A stretch of 45,021 nt of DNA from Chloroflexota bacterium. Its GTDB lineage: Bacteria; Chloroflexota; Limnocylindria; Limnocylindrales; CSP1-4. Below are positions 1-6,957 of this stretch, one piece after another. The stretch lies in the NCBI GenBank assembly GCA_045804485.1, contig JBJMNA010000013.1, forward strand, positions 1 to 45,021. Direction: 5' to 3'. The stretch's first letter is position 1. The number at the start of each line of letters is the position of its first letter. Below the pieces are notes generated by a model, which did no database searches, was not told the DNA's origin, and was given only the letters and a program-made list of their open reading frames with translations. Position numbers and translations under genes: made by a program.

Positions 1-1
1 C

Positions 2-331
2 GAGCAGCGCTTCCCGGAACCGACCGCCGAGGCAGAGGCGATCGAGCGTCTCCTGTTCGCCCGGCTGGAGCGCACCCCGCCGCCCGCTGCGGTGGCGCGG
101 CTCGTGCTCGAACTCGATGGCACGGCTCCCGCGGCCGGTCAGCAGCTCCCGCTGTTCACGCCCCAGGCGGCGCGCGGAGCACGGCTCGAATGGCAGCTCG
201 CCCGACTCGCCCTGACGTTCGGAGAGGATCGGGTCCGTCGGGTCGAGATCGCGGACCCCGAGGCGCGGCTCCCCGAGACGCGCTGGACGTGGCGACCGGT
301 CATCTCGGGCGACCGGGGAGTGGCGCCGTGA
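2..331 (+). CDS. imuB: C-terminal fragment of an ImuB-like Y-family polymerase homologue (mutasome subunit); the 5' end lies outside the window
   Basis: The frame is open from the window edge (EQRFPEPTAEAEAIERLLFARLERT...) to the TGA at 329-331. QQLPLF at 140-157 fits the QLxLF beta-clamp-binding motif class (mycobacterial ImuB has QLPLWG). A dnaE2 gene lies about 2.5 kb downstream. Only about 110 aa are visible, so the call rests on this motif plus context. Confidence 0.45.
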   Translation, partial: EQRFPEPTAEAEAIERLLFARLERTPPPAAVARLVLELDGTAPAAGQQLPLFTPQAARGARLEWQLARLALTFGEDRVRRVEIADPEARLPETRWTWRPVISGDRGVAP

Positions 332-576
332 CGCGCCTCCTCCGCGGTCATCCCGCCATCGACGTCGAGATCGACGCGGCGGGCTCGATCGTGGCCATCG
401 CCTGGAACGGCCGGCGCGAGGCGGTCGAGGTCTGCAACCGCTGGCGGGTGGAGGAGGCGTGGTGGCGCGGACCGATCGCCCGCGACTACTTCAAAGTCGT
501 GGGAGAGCGGTGGCTGGCGCTCATCTACTTGGACCGCGTCGCCGAAACATGGCACCTGGAGCGACTCTACGACTGA
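328..576 (+). CDS. Small conserved-looking Trp/Arg-rich protein (82 aa), translationally coupled to the imuB-like gene; function unknown
   Basis: The GTG at 328 overlaps the upstream stop (GTGA). The product is VTRLLRGHPAIDVEIDAAGSIVAIAWNGRREAVEVCNRWRVEEAWWRGPIARDYFKVVGERWLALIYLDRVAETWHLERLYD, which is not low complexity and has G/C-rich third positions. The first 46 aa of the tracked ORF 190..576 lie inside the imuB-like gene in a different reading frame and look like a GC shadow. Confidence 0.55.
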   Translation: MTRLLRGHPAIDVEIDAAGSIVAIAWNGRREAVEVCNRWRVEEAWWRGPIARDYFKVVGERWLALIYLDRVAETWHLERLYD

Positions 577-986
577 GCGCGACTCTTGCCGATCCGGCCG
601 AGATGCGTGTCAGCGAAGGCCGTCGGGAGCTTCAGACCGTAGCCCGCGGCACGGTCCATCCCGACGTGGGCGATGAGGATCGCGCCGGCGATGGCCAGCA
701 CGTTCGCGTCCGCGACGAGCCCGGCTGTCAGCAGCAGGAGCCCGGGCGCCCAGGTGTGGACCGCGTTGTAGGTCAGCGCCCCAAGTCCCGGACTGCGCAG
801 ATAGCCGACCATCGACACGTCGGGCACGAGCAGCAGCGGGATCACGAGCAACCACGGCCCGCCGAGCCAGCCGAACAGCGCGACACCTGAGATGAACGCG
901 GCGGCGCCCTCGAATCGTAGCCAGCCGCGAACGGATGGATCGACCGCGCTGATCCGTTCGCTCGCTTCGAGTGTCGACGCCGTCAT
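567..986 (-). CDS. Small integral membrane protein, DUF4260-like
   Basis: 139 aa with several hydrophobic helices (AAFISGVALFGWLGGPWLLVIPLLLVP, APGLLLLTAGLV, LAIAGAILIAHVG). The HVGMDRAAGYGLK motif matches my recollection of the DUF4260 family. The gene is divergent from a TetR gene. Confidence 0.6.
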   Translation of the reverse strand: MTASTLEASERISAVDPSVRGWLRFEGAAAFISGVALFGWLGGPWLLVIPLLLVPDVSMVGYLRSPGLGALTYNAVHTWAPGLLLLTAGLVADANVLAIAGAILIAHVGMDRAAGYGLKLPTAFADTHLGRIGKSRAQS

Positions 987-1040
987 CGCCCGTCTCCGAT
1001 CATCGGTGACCCGACCAGCGGTCGGTATGGCTACACGTTA

Positions 1041-1067
1041 TAGCCTTGACGGCTAATGTCAATAGCC
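1041..1067. promoter_or_regulatory. Nested inverted repeats in the divergent intergenic region; candidate TetR operator
   Basis: The sequence is TAGCC-TTGAC-GGCTA-AT-GTCAA-TAGCC. TAGCC/GGCTA pair twice (1041-1045 with 1051-1055, and 1051-1055 with 1063-1067). TTGAC (1046-1050) pairs with GTCAA (1058-1062). The element lies 13 nt upstream of the TetR GTG at 1080. Confidence 0.4.
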
Positions 1068-1079
1068 TAGACTGTCCGT

Positions 1080-1655
1080 GTGAGCCCTGCCCCGTCGCGA
1101 ACCTCGAATGACGCGATCGTCGCCGCCGCCCGCCGGATCCTGGAGACCGACGGCGTGTCGGCCTTGACGATGGCACGGGTCGCCGAGGCCGTCGGCGTCA
1201 AAGGCCCGTCGCTCTACAAGCGCGTCCCGGACCGTGAGGCACTGCTGCGGGCCGTGGCGGACGGGGTCGTGGATGACTTGCGCCGAGCCATCGCCGGCGC
1301 GGACGCCACAGAGGACCCGGCCGCGGACCTGGCGGCCACGGCGACTGCCTACCGCACCTTCGTCCAGGCGAACCCCAACGGCTACCGGCTGCTGTTCAGC
1401 GGCCTGCCATCCGGCTCGAGCCCCGATCCAGCGATTCTCGCCGCGCTCGGCGAGCCGATCGTCCGCGCGGTCACTCGGCTGGCCGGCGAGGGATCGGGTC
1501 TCGAGGGCGCGCGGACGTTCGTGGCGTGGGCGCACGGCTTCGTCTCGATGGAGCTGTCGGGAGCGTTCCGGCTCGGTGGCGACCTCGACGCGGCCTATGC
1601 GTTCGGCGTCAGGGCCATCATCGACGGGGTCAGCGGGCAGGCGACCCGAGCATGA
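1080..1655 (+). CDS. TetR/AcrR-family transcriptional regulator
   Basis: The N-terminal HTH is AIVAAARRILETDGVSALTMARVAEAVGVKGPSLYKRVPDREALL. The C-terminal AWAHGFVSMELSGAF resembles the WHG-type TetR C-terminal domain. Confidence 0.85.
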   Translation: MSPAPSRTSNDAIVAAARRILETDGVSALTMARVAEAVGVKGPSLYKRVPDREALLRAVADGVVDDLRRAIAGADATEDPAADLAATATAYRTFVQANPNGYRLLFSGLPSGSSPDPAILAALGEPIVRAVTRLAGEGSGLEGARTFVAWAHGFVSMELSGAFRLGGDLDAAYAFGVRAIIDGVSGQATRA

Positions 1656-1734
1656 CGGTGACGATGAACAGGATCACGAAGAGCCCGACCACGAGCGCCA
1701 GAGCCCCGAGATCCCTCGGATGAGCGGACTGCAC
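1630..1734 (-). CDS. Possible 34-aa hydrophobic micro-protein (speculative)
   Basis: On the minus strand, GGGGGAGG lies 6 nt upstream of a GTG. The product is VQSAHPRDLGALALVVGLFVILFIVTVMLGSPAR, with one clear TM helix. It lies downstream of and co-directional with the lipoprotein gene, and overlaps the TetR 3' end by 26 nt. It is below the 60-aa ORF-track cutoff. Confidence 0.3.
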   Translation of the reverse strand: MQSAHPRDLGALALVVGLFVILFIVTVMLGSPAR

Positions 1735-1852
1735 GATGCGCCTCCCCCAGGTGCTTCGCCCCCGGACAGTCCCGGTAGCTGCAGCATAGACGCCTGGACA
1801 ATGGTCCGCGTTGCGCGTCCGTAGCGTGATCGTCCCCGGCCGGTGGTGGCCG

Positions 1853-2347
1853 TCAATCGAACGGACATTCGGCTCCGTAGAGGATCCGGACCGTCGTCAC
1901 GGCACCAGTCGGCGTCGCGGTCGCCTGGACCATGCAGCCGGCGGGCGGACCCGTCATGTCGAGCACGACGCTCCCGTCCTCGAGCGGGTCGAGCGATCCA
2001 ACGGTCGTGTATCCGGCCTTCTGGAGGGCGGTCTGAAGCGCCGTCGCGGCGCCCTTTGCGTCGACCCCTTCGACGACGAGCACACCGGAAGTCGCGCCAC
2101 CGGACGCTTGCTCCTCCGGCGTCGCGGCCGGGATCCTCGGAAAGCTCGCGGGCAGCTCATCCCAGATGCGACCCCAATCGGTGTCCGTCTGGCTCGGCTT
2201 CGGTCCGTTGCTCCGCGCGGGAGTCGCCGCCGCGGTGCTCTGGGCCGAGGCGGCCGCCGCCGGTGACGACGTCGATGCGCCACTCGATCCACACCCGGCG
2301 AGAACGAGAGCGATCACGATCGAAGCGAGGAGGCGGGCGATGCTCAT
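1853..2347 (-). CDS. Secreted lipoprotein, unknown function
   Basis: The signal peptide carries a lipobox (MSIARLLASIVIALVLAGCGSS). A Ser/Ala/Thr-rich linker follows, then a roughly 100-aa globular part. Confidence 0.7.
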   Translation of the reverse strand: MSIARLLASIVIALVLAGCGSSGASTSSPAAAASAQSTAAATPARSNGPKPSQTDTDWGRIWDELPASFPRIPAATPEEQASGGATSGVLVVEGVDAKGAATALQTALQKAGYTTVGSLDPLEDGSVVLDMTGPPAGCMVQATATPTGAVTTVRILYGAECPFD

Positions 2348-2372
2348 GCGGGCATCCTACCGCCGGACATGA

Positions 2373-2406
2373 CAGGACCCCGCCACCCCCAAGTGGCGGG
2401 GTCCTG
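2373..2406. other. Strong GC hairpin (14-bp stem) between the small minus-strand ORF and the lipoprotein gene
   Basis: CAGGACCCCGCCAC-ccccaa-GTGGCGGGGTCCTG is a perfect 14-bp inverted repeat with no U-tract on either strand. It could be a T-tract-less terminator for ORF 2519-2680 or a 5'-UTR structure for the lipoprotein mRNA. Confidence 0.45.
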
Positions 2407-2518
2407 CTGGCCGTTCGAGTCGCTCACCGACTCGTTCGGCTGGTCGGCGACTCGACCGTCGCAGTCGAGTGCCGCCGGGTCGTCCCGAGCCCCCAGGCGC
2501 CGAGACGTCATGTATTCG

Positions 2519-2680
2519 CTACGGGGTCGCGGCCTGGACCGACAGGACCGCCGGCAAGAGTCCGAGGATGAGCAGCATCGCGAGGGCGACCATCGACCCG
2601 ACGCGAACGGCGGAGAAGGCGATATGGCGCATCGGTGCGTTCATGGCGGTGAGACGCCGAGGCACAGGTTTGTGTTTCAT
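2519..2680 (-). CDS. Possible 53-aa single-pass membrane micro-protein, divergent from dnaE2 (speculative)
   Basis: The product is MKHKPVPRRLTAMNAPMRHIAFSAVRVGSMVALAMLLILGLLPAVLSVQAATP, with a basic N-terminus, one TM helix and G/C-rich third positions through the hydrophobic part. An in-frame alternative ATG sits at 2644. There is no obvious SD. It is below the ORF-track cutoff. Confidence 0.35.
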   Translation of the reverse strand: MKHKPVPRRLTAMNAPMRHIAFSAVRVGSMVALAMLLILGLLPAVLSVQAATP

Positions 2681-2744
2681 GGTTCGGAGGAGTCTGGTGG
2701 GGGATTTTCGTCCGGGCGATCGGCAGGACCCTACTGGTCGTTCT

Positions 2745-2758
2745 AGAACATCCGTTCT
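2745..2758. promoter_or_regulatory. LexA SOS box (GAAC-N4-GTTC type) upstream of dnaE2
   Basis: AGAACATCCGTTCT is a perfect AGAAC-N4-GTTCT palindrome of the Gram-positive Cheo-box class. It is preceded by a third half-site (GTTCTAGAAC at 2740-2749). A TATACT -10-like hexamer abuts it at 2759-2764. The dnaE2 GTG at 2803 has GGAG at 2793-2796. Confidence 0.7.
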
Positions 2759-2802
2759 ATACTGACAGGCCCCCAGTCAGCCGGCCCCCACCGGAGCGAC
2801 CC

Positions 2803-5800
2803 GTGGCACCGACCCCATACGCCGAACTCCACTGTCACACCAACTTCTCGTTCCTCGATGGAGCGTCTGCACCGGACGAGCTCGTCGAGCGGGCCGTCGC
2901 GCTCGGGCTGAGCGGGTTGGCGGTCACCGATCACAACGGCCTCTACGGCGCCGTCCGCTTCGTCACCGCCGCGGAGGCCGTCGGGCTCCACCCGGTCGTC
3001 GGTGTCGAGATCGAGCTCCTCGACCCGGCCGTCGCAGACCCTGAGCGGATCGTCGTCCCGCCGCGTCGCCCCCGGCGGCCGGGACGCCGGCCGGCCGACT
3101 CGGCGGCCCACGCGCTTCCGGATCCGACCGAGGGTCTCCCGCGCCGGCCCCGCCCGACTCGTGCCCGCCTGCCCGGACACCGTGACCCGGTGAAAGAGGA
3201 CCTGCGCGGCATCGGCGAGCGCGTCCGGGGGCCGCATCTCGTCCTGCTCGCCCGGTCGCAGGTCGGCTGGCGGAGCCTGTGTCGGCTCGTGTCACGGGCG
3301 AACATGGCCGGCACGAAGGCTGTCCCGCGGTTCAGCCAGGCGCTCCTCGCCGAACACACCGAGGGCCTCGTCGCCCTGTCGGGCTGCCGTGACGGGGAGA
3401 TCGCGCGTCGCCTCCGGACGGGCGACCGGACGGGCGCCCGCGCTGTGGCTGAACGCTACGCGACCTTGTTCGGGCGTGGCGATGGCACCGCGACGAGCGG
3501 CTTCTTCATCGAGCTGTCCCACCACCTCCTGCCAGACGACGATTGGCTCGTCAGCGAGGCGGCCACGCTCGCGGAGGCGGTCGGACTGCCGGTCGTCGTC
3601 ACCAACGACGTCCACTACGCTGCGCCGCCGGACCGAGAGCTGGCCGACGTGCTGACCGCCATCAAACACGGCCGGTCGCTCGACACGCTCGGCGATCTGC
3701 GCCGGCCTGACACGGAGTCATCGGTGAAAGCCGGTGCTGACATGACGGCGCTCGGGGCGTCGCTCGGGGGCGCAGCCGCTCGGTCGTGGGCAGCGGGGAT
3801 GTCGACGGCGGTCGAGCTCGCGGCGTCGTGCTCGGTCGATCTCGGGTTCGAGCAGTACCGCTTCCCGGGCTTCCCGGTGCCCGACCACGAGACGCCGTTC
3901 TCGTACCTGTCCGAGCTGTGCTGGGCGGGCGCCCGGAAGCGCTACCACCCGGTGACGTCGGCCGTCGTCAAGCGGCTCGCGCACGAGCTCGAGGTCATCG
4001 AGAAGGCCGGCCTCGCCGAGTTCTTCCTCATCTGCTGGGACCTCATGCGATTCGCCAAGGAGAAGGGGATCCCCGCGCAGGGGCGGGGGAGCGCGACGAG
4101 CTCGATCGTGTCGTACACGCTCGGGATCAGCCGGGTCGAGCCGATCGTCCACAACCTCCTGTTCGAGCGGTTCATCAATCCGGGCCGGACGACCTACCCG
4201 GACGTCGACATCGACTTCTCGTCCGAGCGGCGGGAGGAGGTCATCCAGTACGTCTACGACCGCTACGGGCCCGACCACACCGGTATGGTCTGCAACCTCG
4301 TCACCTACCGGGCGAGGTCGGCCGTGCGCGAGGTCGGGTACGCGCTCGGGTTCCCGCGACCGTTGGTCGATCGCGTGGCCAAGGCGCTCGAGACGTACGA
4401 CTCGGTCATGGTCCGGCGCGACCTGGAGGCCGACGGTGGCTTCGCCGAGTTCTTCCGGCATCCCGGCGAGGGACTGCCGGCCGAGGCTGCGGCCGCGGAG
4501 GCTGCCGAGGCGCTCGGCCTCGTCGACGGGATGGGCCAGCTGAACACGCGGGTCCCGCTGGTCGGCAAGGTGCCGCCGTGGCGCCAGCCACCGAAACCGG
4601 CCGACCCCAACGCGCCGCGACCGTTCGCGTGGCTGCGGGAAGGCTCCGATTCCGGGAGCTGGGAGGGCGCGCCTGACTCGCCGCCGTCGATCCGGCCGGG
4701 TGGTCGCCACGACGACGAGGGTGGGCCTGGCGACACGCCCGCGAGCGTCGCGTGGCTGCGCGCCGGGCGAGGGACCGGGTACGGCGCGGATGCGGATCGG
4801 CTCGTCGCGCCGGCTCTCGTGGACGGCCGCCGGGTCGACCCTGAAAGCGGCCAGCTCGAGCCGCCGCCGCGTGGCACAGACCGCGCCGCCGACAAGCTCG
4901 GGCGCCCGTCGCGGTGGGACCCGCCGGCGCAGTCGTCCGCGGCGCACTCATCCGTCGCGCGGATCGAACCCGAGCCGCCAGCGCAACCTCGCGGCGGCTC
5001 GACCGTCGGCATGTCGGACTGGGAGCGCTGGCTCGAGTTCTGCGCCCGGATCGATGGTTTCCCGCGCCATCTGTCGATCCATTCGGGGGGCATGCTCGTC
5101 ACGGCGGCGCCGCTCATCGACATCGCGCCGATCGAGCGGGCGACGATGGTCGACCGGGTCGTCGTCCAGTTCGACAAGCGCGACGTCGAGACGCTGAAGC
5201 TCATCAAGCTCGACCTGCTCGGTCTCGGGATGCTGGCCGCGATGGACGAGACGCTCCAGCTCATCGAGCACGATTGCGCGGTCTGTCTCGACCTCGACCG
5301 GATGCCCGAGGATGTCCCCGAGGTCTTCGAGATGCTCCAGGCGGCCGACACCGTCGGTGTCTTCCAGGTCGAGAGCCGTGCTCAGATGCAGACCCTCCCG
5401 AAGTCGCGGCCGAAGAGCCTCGACGACCTCGTGGTCGAGGTCGCGATCATCCGGCCCGGGCCGATCCAGGGCAACGCGGTCCACCCGTTCCTGCGGCGCA
5501 AGCAGGGGCTGGAGGAGGTGACGTACCTCCATCCGTCACTCGAGCCCGTGCTCAAGGATTCGATGGGCGTGATCCTCTACCAGGAGCAGGTCATGCGCAT
5601 CGCGATCGAGGTCGCGGGGTTCACGCCGGCGGAGTCGGACGGCTTCCGACGTGCCATGGGGACGTGGCGTTCGAGCCGCGAGATGGAGAAGCTCCACCGG
5701 CAGTTCCATGACGGCTGCATGCAGCAGCCCGGGATGACCGAGGAGATCGCCGAGGAGCTGTTCCGGCAGGTCGCCGCCTTCGCGTCATTCGGGTTCGCGA

Positions 5801-6954
5801 AGTCGCACGCGGCGGCGTTCGCGAGGACGGCGTACGAATCGGCCTTCCTGAAGCTCTTCTACCCGGCCCAGTTCCTCGTCGGGCTCATCAACGCGCAACC
5901 GATGGGCTTCTACCCGGTCGAGGTCCTCGTCAACGACGCGAAGCGCCATGGCGTGTCTGTCCTGCCGGTGGACATCAACGCGTCCTCCTACAAGACCACG
6001 ACCGAGTGGGTCGGGCGGCCGGGGGAGCCGCTGCCCGACGGTGCCGGCATCACCGCGCGTCCCGAGCCGATCCGGTCACCGGCCTGCGTCGTGCCGTCGT
6101 CCGAGTCCCGCGACCGCTGGACCCCTGAGGTGACCGCGGGTTGGGGCGTCCGTCTCGGGCTTGGTCTCGTGAAAGGGATCGGCGAGCAGCACGAGGCGCT
6201 GCTCGACGCCGAGCTGGCGGGCGGTCCATACCGGTCGCTCGTTGACGTCGTGGAGCGGACCGGGTTGCCCGAAGAGGTCCTCGAGCGGCTCATCCGGACG
6301 GGTGCGCTGGATTCGCTCGGTCGACCGCGGCGCGAGCTCCTGTGGCAGCTTCGCGAGGTCGCGGGCGCATCACGCGGTCGCGTGGACGGACGTGCCTTGC
6401 GTGGCCTCGGCCGGGCGGCCGGGAAGCGCGGTGCGGCAGCGGGACGGCCGATGGACCTGCGACTGCCGGCGACGGAGGCACCGTCGCTGCCCGCCATCAC
6501 CGAGTCGGAGCGTCTGGGCGATTCCTACGCGGTCATCGGACTCGATGCCCGGCGCCAGGTCGTGACCTTGTTCCGGCCGGCCCTGGAACGGCTCGGCGCG
6601 GTGACCAATGCGGCCCTGTCCGAACGGCGGCCGGGCCGCGTCCGGATCGGCGGGCTCGTGGTCACCCGTCAGCACCCGATGACGGCGAAGGGCACGGTCT
6701 TCCTCGCGCTCGAGGACGAGACAGGGATGGTCAACGTGACCCTCTGGCCGGACACGTGGGCGAGGCTGCGGTCGGTGGTCCGGCGGCACGCGCTGCTGTT
6801 GGTCGACGGGGATCTCCAGCGCGAAGCCGACGTCGTCAACGTCGTGGCGAGAGAGGTCCGGGCACTCCCCGAGGTGGCCGCCGAGGCCGGTGGTCCCACT
6901 CAGCCGGCCGGTGTCCGCCAGCTAGGGCAGGCCGGGATGAGACGGCTCGGGTAG
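2803..6954 (+). CDS. dnaE2: Error-prone DNA polymerase III alpha-like subunit DnaE2 (ImuC), unusually long at 1383 aa
   Basis: PHP motifs are YAELHCHTNFSFLDGAS and LAVTDHNGLYG. Pol III alpha core blocks are PDVDIDF, FPRHLSIHSGGMLV, KLDLLGLGML, VFQVESRAQM, IRPGPIQG, ILYQEQVM and FGFAKSHAAAF. The C-terminal OB fold is RVRIGGLVVTRQHPMTAKGTVFLALEDETGMVNVTLWP. An SOS box lies upstream. Confidence 0.9.
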   Translation: MAPTPYAELHCHTNFSFLDGASAPDELVERAVALGLSGLAVTDHNGLYGAVRFVTAAEAVGLHPVVGVEIELLDPAVADPERIVVPPRRPRRPGRRPADSAAHALPDPTEGLPRRPRPTRARLPGHRDPVKEDLRGIGERVRGPHLVLLARSQVGWRSLCRLVSRANMAGTKAVPRFSQALLAEHTEGLVALSGCRDGEIARRLRTGDRTGARAVAERYATLFGRGDGTATSGFFIELSHHLLPDDDWLVSEAATLAEAVGLPVVVTNDVHYAAPPDRELADVLTAIKHGRSLDTLGDLRRPDTESSVKAGADMTALGASLGGAAARSWAAGMSTAVELAASCSVDLGFEQYRFPGFPVPDHETPFSYLSELCWAGARKRYHPVTSAVVKRLAHELEVIEKAGLAEFFLICWDLMRFAKEKGIPAQGRGSATSSIVSYTLGISRVEPIVHNLLFERFINPGRTTYPDVDIDFSSERREEVIQYVYDRYGPDHTGMVCNLVTYRARSAVREVGYALGFPRPLVDRVAKALETYDSVMVRRDLEADGGFAEFFRHPGEGLPAEAAAAEAAEALGLVDGMGQLNTRVPLVGKVPPWRQPPKPADPNAPRPFAWLREGSDSGSWEGAPDSPPSIRPGGRHDDEGGPGDTPASVAWLRAGRGTGYGADADRLVAPALVDGRRVDPESGQLEPPPRGTDRAADKLGRPSRWDPPAQSSAAHSSVARIEPEPPAQPRGGSTVGMSDWERWLEFCARIDGFPRHLSIHSGGMLVTAAPLIDIAPIERATMVDRVVVQFDKRDVETLKLIKLDLLGLGMLAAMDETLQLIEHDCAVCLDLDRMPEDVPEVFEMLQAADTVGVFQVESRAQMQTLPKSRPKSLDDLVVEVAIIRPGPIQGNAVHPFLRRKQGLEEVTYLHPSLEPVLKDSMGVILYQEQVMRIAIEVAGFTPAESDGFRRAMGTWRSSREMEKLHRQFHDGCMQQPGMTEEIAEELFRQVAAFASFGFAKSHAAAFARTAYESAFLKLFYPAQFLVGLINAQPMGFYPVEVLVNDAKRHGVSVLPVDINASSYKTTTEWVGRPGEPLPDGAGITARPEPIRSPACVVPSSESRDRWTPEVTAGWGVRLGLGLVKGIGEQHEALLDAELAGGPYRSLVDVVERTGLPEEVLERLIRTGALDSLGRPRRELLWQLREVAGASRGRVDGRALRGLGRAAGKRGAAAGRPMDLRLPATEAPSLPAITESERLGDSYAVIGLDARRQVVTLFRPALERLGAVTNAALSERRPGRVRIGGLVVTRQHPMTAKGTVFLALEDETGMVNVTLWPDTWARLRSVVRRHALLLVDGDLQREADVVNVVAREVRALPEVAAEAGGPTQPAGVRQLGQAGMRRLG

Positions 6955-6957
6955 TCC

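Noticed and set aside
1843-2571. 242-aa plus-strand ORF overlapping the lipoprotein gene
   Set aside because: It is an Arg/Ser/Pro-rich shadow opposite a frame that has a clear lipoprotein signal peptide.
4450-5010. Possible intein or mobile insertion in dnaE2
   Set aside because: There is no Cys/Ser/Thr-initiated splicing block, no HN-C/S/T C-terminal junction and no homing-endonuclease motifs. The composition is low-complexity Pro/Arg/Gly/Ala, which fits a disordered linker better.
3718-5351. Minus-strand ORFs of 409 aa (3718-4947) and 348 aa (4305-5351) inside dnaE2
   Set aside because: They are shadow frames opposite conserved Pol III alpha blocks.
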